Source of the DNA: Bacteroidia bacterium
GTDB lineage: Bacteria > Bacteroidota > Bacteroidia > NS11-12g > UBA9320
Assembly (NCBI GenBank): GCA_965216465.1
Contig: CBDCFW010000005.1
Location: 448,001-512,000, forward strand
Length of the DNA stretch: 64,000 nt
Direction: 5' to 3'
Part shown: positions 20,021 through 30,262 of the stretch, one piece after another
Layout of the letters: each line of letters starts with the position of its first letter
How positions within the stretch are numbered: the stretch's first letter is position 1
Notes under the pieces: model-generated
What the model saw: only the letters and a program-made list of their open reading frames with translations
The model's database searches: none
What the model was told of the DNA's origin: nothing
Made by a program: the position numbers and the translations under genes

Positions 20021-22320
20021 TGGCAACTGCTAAAAACAAAAAGAAAAATCCACCTAAGAAAAAATCAAATAGATTAATTCGTTTGATGTGGAAGACGTCT
20101 GCGTATGGATTACTTGCATTTGTTCTTTTCTTGTTTACTATCAAATGGGGCCTTTGGGGTAAGCTTCCTGACACAAAAGAGTTAGAAAACCCAGAGACAA
20201 AACTAGCTTCTGAAGTATTTTCTGAAGACGGGAAAATGATGGGAAAAATGTTTTTCCAAGAAGACCGAACCAACAGCAGCTTCGAGGACATCCCAGATCA
20301 TTTAACCAATGCATTGATTGCAACGGAAGACTGTCGCTTTAGAGATCATTCAGGAATAGACGCTAAAGCACTGGTGCGAGCGGTTGTACGCCTGGGACGA
20401 GACGGAGGTGGTAGTACAATTACACAGCAGTTAGCCCTAAATCTATTCCAAGAGCGTTCAAAAAGCTTCAGCAAGCGACTTATACAAAAGCTAAAAGAAT
20501 GGATTCTAGCCATAGAAATTGAAAAGAGATACACTAAGGATGAGATTGTGTTAATGTATTTCAATACCGTACCCTATGGAAACAGTTATGGTATCAAATC
20601 TGCGTCAAAGCGATACTTTAATAAGCCGACTGTTGAATTAAAGATTGAAGAGTCTGCTGTGCTTGTGGGTATGCTTAAAGCTAATACCTACTACAACCCT
20701 ATTCGTAACCCAAAAAATGCACTATCAAGAAGAAATGTGGTGCTGGGTCAAATGAATAAATATGGATACATCACCACTCAAGAACTAGATAGCCTTAGAG
20801 AGTTGCCAATGGTTACTGACTATAACTACATCGACCACAATCAAGGTATGGCAACGTATTTTCGTTCTTACTTGACGCGATGGATGAAGGAGTGGACTAG
20901 AACTTATGAAGCCGAGACAGGGATTAAGTACAACATTTACGACGACGGCTTAAAGATTTATACTACCATCGACTCAAAACTTCAGGCTTATGCTGAAGCA
21001 GCTGTGAATAGTCATATGGTAAGTCTTCAAAAGCAGTTTTATAATGAAACAAAAAGACTGCGAAGAGACCCTTGGTACCGTGAAAATGAACAAGGGAAAC
21101 AGGTTAAAGACCCTGATTATCCCATGCGGATGATGAAACGTACTGAGCGTTATCGTTCGCTTAAGAGAAAATATGGTAAAGATTCAGACTCGTTAGAATA
21201 TTATTTAAATCACCCAGTACCTATGACGTTGTTTTCATGGCAAGGTGAGATCGATACTGTTCTAAGCCCGATGGATTCACTGAAATATTGCAAGCAAATC
21301 CTACACACAGGTTTCATGAGTTTTGAACCCCAAACAGGTTACATCAAAGCATGGGTTGGAGGTATTAATCATAAGTACTTCCAATACGATCACGTGAATA
21401 AAAAGGCCACTCGACAGGTTGGTTCAACCTTTAAACCGTTGGTTTATGCACGTGGGTTAGACGACGATAAGCTTCAACCATGCGAAATTGAAAGTACTGG
21501 GCCTGTCACAGTTGAATACGGTGACGATCAAGAGTGGTCTCCTTCAAATTCTAGTGAAGTTGATCCTGAACTTACCTTTTATCAAGGCTTACAACAATCC
21601 GTAAACACAATCACAGCTCGTGTAATGAAACGCCTTGGGCCTAATAGCGCTGAAGTTGTTCGACAAACTGCAGGAAAAATGGGTATTGATGAGACGAAAT
21701 TTGAGCCTTATCCTTCAATCTGCTTGGGAACCATGGATATTTCTGTTTTTGAAATGGTGGGAGCTTATGGCACCTTTGTAAATGGAGGAACTTGGGTTGA
21801 ACCCATTTTCGTTACCCGAATTGAAGATAAGAACGGTAATATTTTACAAGAATTCACACCAGAAAAAGATGAGGCCTTACGACGACAAACAGCATACATC
21901 GTTTGTAAAATGCTTGAAAAAGTTACCCAATCTGGAGGAACCGCAGCTCGCTTGAGATACCGATACAATATTCCTCTAGATGCAGTAATTGGTGGTAAAA
22001 CAGGAACAACTCAAGGAAACAGTGACGGTTGGTTTATGGGAATAACACCGAATCTTGTAAGTGGTTGTTGGGTTGGAGCTGAAGAAAGAAACGTACACTT
22101 TTGGAATACCGCTTATGGTCAAGGAGCAAATATGGCTCTACCGATCTTTGCCAAGTATATGGAAAAAGTTTATGCCGACCCTAAGTCAGGGGTGAGCAAA
22201 GAAGACTTTTTGAAGCCCGAAGGCGAAATGACCATTGAGGTCGATTGCGACTTATACCAAGAAAACCAAATGGATATTGAGTTTGAAGAAAACGAAGGTG
22301 ACGACCAAAATTTATTTTAG
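20020..22320 (+). CDS. Class A penicillin-binding protein (PBP1A)
   Basis: Transglycosylase ATEDCRF, GGSTITQQLA; transpeptidase GSTFKP, SVN, KTGT. Confidence 0.93.
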   Translation: MATAKNKKKNPPKKKSNRLIRLMWKTSAYGLLAFVLFLFTIKWGLWGKLPDTKELENPETKLASEVFSEDGKMMGKMFFQEDRTNSSFEDIPDHLTNALIATEDCRFRDHSGIDAKALVRAVVRLGRDGGGSTITQQLALNLFQERSKSFSKRLIQKLKEWILAIEIEKRYTKDEIVLMYFNTVPYGNSYGIKSASKRYFNKPTVELKIEESAVLVGMLKANTYYNPIRNPKNALSRRNVVLGQMNKYGYITTQELDSLRELPMVTDYNYIDHNQGMATYFRSYLTRWMKEWTRTYEAETGIKYNIYDDGLKIYTTIDSKLQAYAEAAVNSHMVSLQKQFYNETKRLRRDPWYRENEQGKQVKDPDYPMRMMKRTERYRSLKRKYGKDSDSLEYYLNHPVPMTLFSWQGEIDTVLSPMDSLKYCKQILHTGFMSFEPQTGYIKAWVGGINHKYFQYDHVNKKATRQVGSTFKPLVYARGLDDDKLQPCEIESTGPVTVEYGDDQEWSPSNSSEVDPELTFYQGLQQSVNTITARVMKRLGPNSAEVVRQTAGKMGIDETKFEPYPSICLGTMDISVFEMVGAYGTFVNGGTWVEPIFVTRIEDKNGNILQEFTPEKDEALRRQTAYIVCKMLEKVTQSGGTAARLRYRYNIPLDAVIGGKTGTTQGNSDGWFMGITPNLVSGCWVGAEERNVHFWNTAYGQGANMALPIFAKYMEKVYADPKSGVSKEDFLKPEGEMTIEVDCDLYQENQMDIEFEENEGDDQNLF

Positions 22321-23867
22321 GTTTCGCTTCTCCCTCCCATATGAGAACACTCTTCTAGCTTTTGCATGTTTTCAAACTTAACAGCAGTCTTCTCATAACC
22401 GTACATATCCTTCAATGTTTTAATCATATTGTGATCGTCGGTTGTGGTTTCTAAATCTGTCATCTTAAACTGACAAGGATGCTCATAGCCACTCGAATGA
22501 CACAATTCAAGCAACTCTTTTCTGAAGTGCTTGATATAATGATAAAAGCGATCTGATTTCAACTCGACATTAATTCCGGCTTGCAACCACTTATTTTGAG
22601 TGGCCACTCCACTCGGACAACGGTTTGTATGACATAACTGTGCCTGAATACATCCAATTGCCATCATGGCTTCACGAGCAACATTAATAATATCTGCTCC
22701 CATGGCAAATGCTCTTGCTGCATTGGCCGGCAGCCCCAATTTGCCTGAGGCTACAAAAACAATCTTATCGGTCAACTCATGCTTTTGAAAAATACGGTAT
22801 ACCTTGCTAAATCCACTGAAGAATGGCAAGGCAACATGGTCTGCAAAGCTTGGCGGAGCTGCTCCTGTTCCACCTTCTCCCCCATCTATTGAGATGAAAT
22901 CTGGTCCTGTATTGCTACGAGTCATCTTATATGCCAATTCTTCCCAAAGCTCTGTTCTTCCTACTGCACTTTTGATTCCAACTGGAAGTCCAGTTCTTTC
23001 GGCAATTTCTTCAATCAGTGCGAGGAGCTCATCCAGATTACTAAAGCATTTATGACTAGCGGGTGAGAGTACATCTTTCCCCATCTCAACTCCTCGTATT
23101 GCTGCAATTTCAGCAGTTATTTTCTTTCCGGGTAATACGCCTCCTTTTCCTGGCTTAGCACCTTGTGAAAGCTTAATTTCAATAGCTCGAACAAACGGAT
23201 TGTTTTCAACTAGTTTCTCTAGTTTGTTTAGATCCAGATTACCATCTTTAGAACGCACACCGAAGTAGCCCGTGCCAAAATGAAAAACAACATCTGCCCC
23301 ATTGCTGTGGTATGGAGATAATCCACCTTCACCCGTATTGTGGTAACATCCCACTTTTTTAGCCCCTTGATTTAAACTGTTAACAGCAGCTGCACTCAAC
23401 GAACCATAACTCATTGCAGAAATATTAATTACCGAATGTGGTCGATATGGTCGCTTTCTGTTGTTCGCTTCACCCATTACCTTGGCACATGGAAGAAATG
23501 CTTTCTGTTTGAAGTTTATATGATCTTCTTCGACCTGAAACGGTAAAAGAGCAGGTTTAATAAAGTGATAATTAGGCGTATAAAAGTCTTGATCAGAACC
23601 GAATCCCTGGTAATTATTTTGCTGCTTGCTTGAAGCATAAATCCACGAACGTTCTCTCCTATTAAAAGGAAGTTCTTCTCTATTGTTCGCTACCACATAT
23701 TGACGAAGCTCAGGACCAATGCGTTCGAGCAGATAGCGCAAGTGGCCAACAACAGGAAAGTTATGACTAATGGTATGCTTTTTTTGAAGCATATCACGTA
23801 TCGCTACAATTACAATTAGGAGTACAACCCACATCCACCAAGGAGTAGAAGCCAAGAATTCTTGCAT
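22317..23867 (-). CDS. FMN-binding glutamate synthase family protein
   Basis: ISAMSYGSLS, NTGEGG, EIKLSQGAKPGKGG, 3Fe-4S motif CIQAQLCHTNRCP. Confidence 0.92.
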   Translation of the reverse strand: MQEFLASTPWWMWVVLLIVIVAIRDMLQKKHTISHNFPVVGHLRYLLERIGPELRQYVVANNREELPFNRRERSWIYASSKQQNNYQGFGSDQDFYTPNYHFIKPALLPFQVEEDHINFKQKAFLPCAKVMGEANNRKRPYRPHSVINISAMSYGSLSAAAVNSLNQGAKKVGCYHNTGEGGLSPYHSNGADVVFHFGTGYFGVRSKDGNLDLNKLEKLVENNPFVRAIEIKLSQGAKPGKGGVLPGKKITAEIAAIRGVEMGKDVLSPASHKCFSNLDELLALIEEIAERTGLPVGIKSAVGRTELWEELAYKMTRSNTGPDFISIDGGEGGTGAAPPSFADHVALPFFSGFSKVYRIFQKHELTDKIVFVASGKLGLPANAARAFAMGADIINVAREAMMAIGCIQAQLCHTNRCPSGVATQNKWLQAGINVELKSDRFYHYIKHFRKELLELCHSSGYEHPCQFKMTDLETTTDDHNMIKTLKDMYGYEKTAVKFENMQKLEECSHMGGRSET

Positions 23868-23950
23868 ATGGCGAATTTAGTACATCCCAGCAAAACTTGC
23901 GAACATCCTTACTTCACTATTTCGTTATACCTTTGACCCAATCGCTAATA

Positions 23951-24898
23951 ATGGGAGAATTACATCAAAGCAAAAAACCAAAGTTGCATCCGCGTAATAA
24001 GAATTCTACTCGATACAATTTCCCTGAATTGATTAAATCTTTTCCTAGCTTAGCTGAACATTTGGTGAAGAATCCATCCAATGAAGACACAATAAACTTC
24101 TTTGATCCTGTAGCTGTTAAAGTTTTCAATCAGGCCATTCTTAAGCACTATTATGGTATAATAAACTGGGATATTCCTAAAGGCTATTTGTGCCCTCCAA
24201 TTCCAGGTAGAGCAGATTATATTCATCACCTTGCCGACTTATTAGGTTCTTTTAACAACAATAAAATTCCTAAAGGAAAAGGAATTAAGTGCCTAGATAT
24301 TGGAGTTGGAGCTAACTGCATCTACCCTATTTTAGGCAATGCAATAGAAGGATGGAGCTTTGTTGGCTCAGATATAAATGCTGATTCGATAGCGGCCGCA
24401 CAAGTAAATATTGAACAAAACAACCTTAACCACGAAATCGAATTAAGGCATCAAGCAGAAGGATCAATTTTAAACGGAATCCTTAAGGATGACTTTTTTG
24501 ACTGTTCGATGTGCAATCCCCCGTTTCATTCTTCACCAGAAGAAGCTGTATCTAAGGCAAATAGAAAGCTCAAGAACTTAAAAGGACAAAGAGTAAAAAA
24601 TCCTGTTTTAAATTTTGGGGGACAATCCTCTGAACTTTGGAGAGATGGCGGTGAACTTCAGTTCATAATCGACTATATTCAAGAATCTGAAAAACATGCC
24701 ACGCGTTGCTTCCTTTTCACCTCTTTATTATCTAAAAAATCAAATGTAGATGTTGCAATAAAGGCTTTGAAAAAAACGGATGTAACATTTACCCAGGTAA
24801 TTGAAATGGGACAAGGAAACAAACGCAGCAGATTTGCAGCTTGGAGCTATCTTACGCCCAAACAGCGAAAAATTTGGACAGACACTAGATGGAAATAA
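23951..24898 (+). CDS. rlmF: 23S rRNA m6A1618 methyltransferase
   Basis: LHPRN, LCPPIPGRADYIH, DIGVGANCIYP, MCNPPF; start at ATG 23951. Confidence 0.93.
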   Translation: MGELHQSKKPKLHPRNKNSTRYNFPELIKSFPSLAEHLVKNPSNEDTINFFDPVAVKVFNQAILKHYYGIINWDIPKGYLCPPIPGRADYIHHLADLLGSFNNNKIPKGKGIKCLDIGVGANCIYPILGNAIEGWSFVGSDINADSIAAAQVNIEQNNLNHEIELRHQAEGSILNGILKDDFFDCSMCNPPFHSSPEEAVSKANRKLKNLKGQRVKNPVLNFGGQSSELWRDGGELQFIIDYIQESEKHATRCFLFTSLLSKKSNVDVAIKALKKTDVTFTQVIEMGQGNKRSRFAAWSYLTPKQRKIWTDTRWK

Positions 24899-24958
24899 GA
24901 GCATCCAGCGTTATATTAGAAATTCTGCATTCGATGAATTAATATTGTGTTAGTCGCC

Positions 24959-26710
24959 ATGAAACAGTTATTCTCCTTTATCATTATGTCATTATGGGCA
25001 ACCCAGCTTTTTGCTGGAGGGAGACTACCAACACCAGACACCTCAGCATCAAGTAACATCTATGTTATCTCTGTGGGAATCAATAACTATCCCTACCCCT
25101 TGGTGCAAATGAAGAATGCAGTGGGTGACTCGAAGGCTATCTTGGATAAGATTGTTCAAGACAATCCCAGAAGAAGTTTAATTGAAACTCAGAGACACAA
25201 CAAAACAGACCCACGACTTACCGTAGGAAGCGATATATGGTTTCCTATTGATAGCGTATATACCTATTGGCTTTATCAAGAAAATGCCACGTACGATAGT
25301 ATAAAAAGTGCTTTTGATGAAGTAGCACAACGAGCTAATCCTGACGATTACTTTATCTTTTTCTTTGCAGGCATTTCTCTTGAGCTACACCCTTTTGAAT
25401 CGTTTATACTTCCTGACTTTGAAAACATAGACACCCTTAGGTTTGATGGAGACGACAATGCAGAGTCCGATTATCCTGCAATCAATAATGACAATGCTCT
25501 AAATGTTGCAGTTCTTGCTGGAATGATGGAAAAAATTCAATGTCGAAATCAATTGGTGATATCGGAGGCAGGAGATGGATCAAGCTTTGCGAGCAACTTA
25601 ATAGCTGCCCTTTTTGAATCAAATCCATTAGTAGCAGAGGCAACAGATCGAAATAGAATTATTCTAACCACCAAAGCGCTTGGCCTTGATAATATGAGAT
25701 GTAAGGGTATTGAAGCAAACCATGGACCTTTGACCCATTACATTTTGAGTAATGAAAACATAATGAACGTTTTTGTCAATTCAAACAAGTATGAATTGAA
25801 TCTTTCTAAGTCCGAAATTGAATGTCCAATACTTGAATCGAAGTACTTTGACCTCTATAAAGAAAAGAACTATCAAAAAGTGTTACTAAGCAATCATCGT
25901 CAAAATATGCTAAGAGGTGGTGCTGTTGAAGAATTTGAATCGTTGGAATATCCAACAAGTGACTCTTCCATAACGCATGCATTGATTGTCGCCACCAATG
26001 ACTACAACCCTATTTCAGGGTGGTCGAATCTAAGCAATCCGATTAATGACGCAGAAAAGGTTTCAGAATTGCTAAGCTCTAAATATGGTGTAAAAATTCA
26101 TAAGGCTTACAATATGCCAAAGGATAGCATTTTGGCTCAACTTATTGCAATAAAACACATACTCGACGAAAATGATAAGTTTATATTTTTCATCGCAGGA
26201 CATGGATACTATAGCAATAATTTCACGGATGGCTACCTTGTGTTGACAAATAGCAGTTCGTTAAATTCTGATTTTACCTTGAATTCATATCTACAAATGG
26301 CTACTCTCAATCGTTTACTTGACAATATGCCTACCAAAAGTGTATTTGCCATTTTTGACGTTTGTTTTGGTGCCAGCTTCGACCTAAAAGCAAAAGATCT
26401 CGCCATAAACGATTACAAAAATTTAAGATCAGATATCTCTATCAGAGAGTTTGAAAATAGAAAGAGTAAGTACTACAGCCGCATATTTTTGGCTTCAGGA
26501 AAATACACCGTTCCCGATTATTGGACGAACACTTTACAACACTCCCCTTTCGCCGAGAAGCTAATTTACACCTTAAACAAAGAGAAAAACTTTATAACTC
26601 CGGGCAAGCTTTACACTGCTATGGAAGGCAACATTACTGAACCCTTTTTAAAGCAGTTTGGACAACAAGAGCCTCGAGGAGACTTTATTTTACCGGTAAT
26701 TAGAAAATGA
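24959..26710 (+). CDS. Secreted caspase-family (peptidase C14) protein with two tandem caspase-like domains
   Basis: Signal peptide; domain 1 VISVGINNY...FFFAGIS...ISEAG; domain 2 ALIVATNDY...FFIAGHG...IFDVC. Confidence 0.8.
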   Translation: MKQLFSFIIMSLWATQLFAGGRLPTPDTSASSNIYVISVGINNYPYPLVQMKNAVGDSKAILDKIVQDNPRRSLIETQRHNKTDPRLTVGSDIWFPIDSVYTYWLYQENATYDSIKSAFDEVAQRANPDDYFIFFFAGISLELHPFESFILPDFENIDTLRFDGDDNAESDYPAINNDNALNVAVLAGMMEKIQCRNQLVISEAGDGSSFASNLIAALFESNPLVAEATDRNRIILTTKALGLDNMRCKGIEANHGPLTHYILSNENIMNVFVNSNKYELNLSKSEIECPILESKYFDLYKEKNYQKVLLSNHRQNMLRGGAVEEFESLEYPTSDSSITHALIVATNDYNPISGWSNLSNPINDAEKVSELLSSKYGVKIHKAYNMPKDSILAQLIAIKHILDENDKFIFFIAGHGYYSNNFTDGYLVLTNSSSLNSDFTLNSYLQMATLNRLLDNMPTKSVFAIFDVCFGASFDLKAKDLAINDYKNLRSDISIREFENRKSKYYSRIFLASGKYTVPDYWTNTLQHSPFAEKLIYTLNKEKNFITPGKLYTAMEGNITEPFLKQFGQQEPRGDFILPVIRK

Positions 26711-27384
26711 AAAAATTATTATTGATAGCCTGCATTGCTACGATGTCTTCATGCACAATTTTGAGACCCTATACATCACGAACTGCTACTTATTGGGTAA
26801 ATAGTTATCAAGTAGGATGCACCGGGGTAACTCCGATGACTTGTTTACAAGTACAAGAAACGGAAGATCTAGATTACAACAACTGGAAAAACTTTTATAA
26901 CCATATCGATAGCTTTGAATTTGAATACGGCTACTTGCAAAAAATTAAGGTACATGAAACCTTCCTTAATCCAGATTCAATTCCAGCGGATGCACCATCT
27001 GTGCAATACAAACTTATAGAAGTTCTAGAACGCAAGTTTGATGATCGCGTTAAACTGAATTACAATTGGAAACTTACCGATTTTTATGCCGACTCAGAAG
27101 CAAAGTTTGACAAGACCCCTAACCTAAAGTTCAGTTTAGAAGAAGGAAAAGTAAGTGGCACAAATGGTTGTAACAATTTTGTAGGTCAAATCGATAGTGT
27201 GACAACTACTGCAATCGGTTTGAGCAGAATAGCCAGCACACTCATGGCTTGTCCCAACATGACTGATTCAAGAAAGTTTTCTAAAGCATTAGAATCCGCA
27301 ACTTCATATGAATTGAAAGCAGGAACTCTGTTGCTCAAAGATGCTATGAACGAACCGCTTATGCGTCTCGAGAAGTCGTATTAA
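26707..27384 (+). CDS. Lipoprotein with DUF4377-like and META (HslJ) domains
   Basis: Lipobox MSSC; CTGVTPMTCLQV...FEFEYGY; GTNGCNNF..G and STLMAC. Confidence 0.85.
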   Translation: MKKLLLIACIATMSSCTILRPYTSRTATYWVNSYQVGCTGVTPMTCLQVQETEDLDYNNWKNFYNHIDSFEFEYGYLQKIKVHETFLNPDSIPADAPSVQYKLIEVLERKFDDRVKLNYNWKLTDFYADSEAKFDKTPNLKFSLEEGKVSGTNGCNNFVGQIDSVTTTAIGLSRIASTLMACPNMTDSRKFSKALESATSYELKAGTLLLKDAMNEPLMRLEKSY

Positions 27385-28364
27385 TTTGGAACTTCTTCTC
27401 CTTTTTCATAAATGATCTTTTCGATTTTATTATCTACAGGATCTAAGCTTTGCAGATAGCGATAAATAGCCTTTAATTCGACTTCATCCATTTTTGTAAA
27501 GGCACCCCAAGGCATGGGTGATCCTTCATGTATTCTTCCATTACCAAAGCGTTGTATAAATTGATCTTCGGTCCACGAAGCCATTATTCCTGTTTCTTTA
27601 TCTGGAGTAAGATTAGGGCTTATAAATATTCTTCCTTGGGTAAAATCGTCTGGACCAAGCATTCCCCCACCAGCAAACTCAGGACCGATTAACTTCCCTG
27701 TTTTCATGTCAGCCTCTGAATGACAGAATAAACAATTTGCAACGTCTCGAGCCAAATATTCGCCATAAGAAACCGTTGCCTCTTTTGTAACCTGTTCAGG
27801 CGGAGTTCCATTGGGACCTTTAGGTATCAGTGCACCAAAAGCCATCAATGCTTTCCCTAGAAAAGTATATTCCGTAGGTTTAACTTCATGCTTCACGGGT
27901 TCTTGCTGTCTTAAGAATGAGATAATGGATGCCACATCGTAGTCACTCATATTCTGAAACGGCATAAAGGGTCCTAAGAATTTTTCATTGTGAGATACTG
28001 AATAACGTAATGCTCGAGCTATCTCAGCGTCAGAAATATTCCCTATACCGGTTTCCATGTCTGGCGTAAGATTTGGAGCTCTAAATGTTCCAGGAGGTAT
28101 GGCAAGCTCCCACCCTCCTGAAAGCGGAATCTCTTCACCAGCTTCTGTTGCTTCAATCTTGTCCATCGGAACATGGCATGTTCCACAATGAGCAGGACCA
28201 TAAGCAAGATGTCGACCATTTTCGATCATGGCTGAATCGGTTGTTGCGGAAATATCAGGTAATGGGGCATCGAAAGATTTGTCCCAGGTAAATTGTACAT
28301 AGCCCACTAAAATTAGCACAATAAGGGTAAGGGTAATTAGAGTTCTTTTAAGAAATTTTTTCAT
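27381..28364 (-). CDS. Membrane-anchored di-heme cytochrome c
   Basis: CGTCH and CLFCH, each followed by PNLTPD.ETG and an MP distal-ligand motif. Confidence 0.9.
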   Translation of the reverse strand: MKKFLKRTLITLTLIVLILVGYVQFTWDKSFDAPLPDISATTDSAMIENGRHLAYGPAHCGTCHVPMDKIEATEAGEEIPLSGGWELAIPPGTFRAPNLTPDMETGIGNISDAEIARALRYSVSHNEKFLGPFMPFQNMSDYDVASIISFLRQQEPVKHEVKPTEYTFLGKALMAFGALIPKGPNGTPPEQVTKEATVSYGEYLARDVANCLFCHSEADMKTGKLIGPEFAGGGMLGPDDFTQGRIFISPNLTPDKETGIMASWTEDQFIQRFGNGRIHEGSPMPWGAFTKMDEVELKAIYRYLQSLDPVDNKIEKIIYEKGEEVPN

Positions 28365-28472
28365 TTTCAGATTTTGGTTAAGGGTTAGTTTAAGTCAATA
28401 AAATTCACCAAAATCAGTTGTTTAGAACGCTAAAGGTAGCTTAAAATCATATTAACTCAAAATTGAGCCATC

Positions 28473-28502
28473 AAAAAAGCCGAAGTGATTTACTCCGGCT
28501 TT
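28473..28502 (-). terminator. Intrinsic terminator after paaN
   Basis: AAAGCCG...CGGCTTT stem with T6 on the minus strand. Confidence 0.7.
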
Positions 28503-28524
28503 AGGTATTCTCGTTAGATAATTT

Positions 28525-30186
28525 TTACATTTTTCTATTTCCAACCCAAACAAATCTTCGGTTAATATACTCTGGATTTGTAAAGGATGCGTTTCCTGCT
28601 GGATTACCCCCAGTAACATGAAAATCAGAAAATGCAGCATGTTGATTAACAAAGGCCGCACCGCCCAAATTGAACGAAACTGGAGTAAACGCAGCATTCA
28701 TTTCTTCTTCAATAAATTCTTGGGTATTTTCATCTGTACTAAACGCCAAACAAGTAATTGCTCCTTTGGTTCTTGCAAGATTTGATGCTAGTTCTACTGA
28801 CTGTTGAGTATTTTTCGTTTTGATTAAGAACAACACTGGCCCAAAGCACTCATTGCTAAACGTTTCTATGTTATCAGCAGTCATTTTCACTACTGTTGGA
28901 CTTGCTATTCTTGCATTTCCGAACTCTTCGTTTACTACGGTTTGTGGTTCTAAAACAATTTCTCCACCAAAATTTCCTTGATCAGCAATTCGTTTAATGG
29001 TACCATCGTTTTGAATGCCACCTAATGTTCCTGCTCCCATTTTTGGGTGACCAACTAAACCGCCAATAGATTTTGCAATCGCATCTGCAATTTCGTCGTA
29101 AGTCACTTTGCCTTCTGGAGTATTCACTTCTTCAGCAATGAATATATTTTGAGGTGCAGTACACATCTGACCGCTATACAAGCTAGCAGAAAAACCAATG
29201 TTTTGCGCTACTCCTTTAACATCTGTAACGGAGTCAACAATAACAGAGTTTACACCCGCTTTTTCAGTAAATGTTGCTTTGTTTAAAGTCTCGATATAAT
29301 CTCCAAAGGCATTTCCTCCGGTGTAATCAATCAGTTTAACATCATCATGCTCAGCTAAATCTTTTGTAATTGGTTTAGACAAAGAATCAGCTGCTAACTG
29401 TACAACGTTTGCATCAAATCCATTTTCTGCTAATACTTTTCTAAGCTCAGAAGCAAATATTGCGATAGCAAGAATTGATTTTGGATGAGGTTTGATTATG
29501 GCTGTGTTTCCACAAATTAGATTTGCGTACAATCCAGGTACTGTATTCCAAGTAGGGAATGTAGAACAACCAATTACCAACCCGATTCCTTTTGGGATTG
29601 CCTTCCAAGTTTTGTTCAATACTAGATCAAACTTACCCATAGGTTTGGTCCAAACTTGCTCATTAGGAAAACGAGTTAACTCCTGAACTCCCATTGCAAT
29701 TGCTTCAAGAGAACGGTCATTCGCGTGTGGTCCACTTGCTTGAAAACTCATCATAAAACTTTGACCTGTTGTATGCATGGTAGCATAAGCCAGCTCAAAA
29801 AATCTCGCCTTTACACGCTCTAAACTTTCAACTAAAATTCCTGCTCTATCTTGAACGGAAGCTTTCGCCCAAGCTTTGGCCGAATTTTGGCTGTTAACAA
29901 TGTACTGATCTACAGATATACTTGGATAGTGTATTCCCAATCCTTGCTGCCAAAATGGAGAAACTTCTTCACCCACCCACTCGGTAGCTTCTTGATTTAA
30001 CTCTTCGTAATTGTTATTTAGCAATCTTCCAAACGCTTCTTTTCCTTTTGCGTTTTCATCTTCAGCATATGCTTTAGGATGTTCTGGGTAAGGAGTATAG
30101 AAGTCGCGTTTTGCTAATGCTGCTGTAGCGTCGTTAATCAATTGCTCGTGCTTGTTGTACAAGTTATTTGTGTTTTCTGCTGACAT
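28525..30186 (-). CDS. paaN: Phenylacetic acid degradation aldehyde dehydrogenase-family protein PaaN
   Basis: HTTGQSFMMSFQASGPHANDR, CSTFPTWN, SGQMCTAPQN, FSDFHVTGGNPAGNAS. Confidence 0.85.
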   Translation of the reverse strand: MSAENTNNLYNKHEQLINDATAALAKRDFYTPYPEHPKAYAEDENAKGKEAFGRLLNNNYEELNQEATEWVGEEVSPFWQQGLGIHYPSISVDQYIVNSQNSAKAWAKASVQDRAGILVESLERVKARFFELAYATMHTTGQSFMMSFQASGPHANDRSLEAIAMGVQELTRFPNEQVWTKPMGKFDLVLNKTWKAIPKGIGLVIGCSTFPTWNTVPGLYANLICGNTAIIKPHPKSILAIAIFASELRKVLAENGFDANVVQLAADSLSKPITKDLAEHDDVKLIDYTGGNAFGDYIETLNKATFTEKAGVNSVIVDSVTDVKGVAQNIGFSASLYSGQMCTAPQNIFIAEEVNTPEGKVTYDEIADAIAKSIGGLVGHPKMGAGTLGGIQNDGTIKRIADQGNFGGEIVLEPQTVVNEEFGNARIASPTVVKMTADNIETFSNECFGPVLFLIKTKNTQQSVELASNLARTKGAITCLAFSTDENTQEFIEEEMNAAFTPVSFNLGGAAFVNQHAAFSDFHVTGGNPAGNASFTNPEYINRRFVWVGNRKM

Positions 30187-30262
30187 ATGCTTAGTTAAGT
30201 AATAATGCGTTCAATTTTAACAATGCGAAGATAGACTTTCTTCGCTCATATAATGTGTAACC

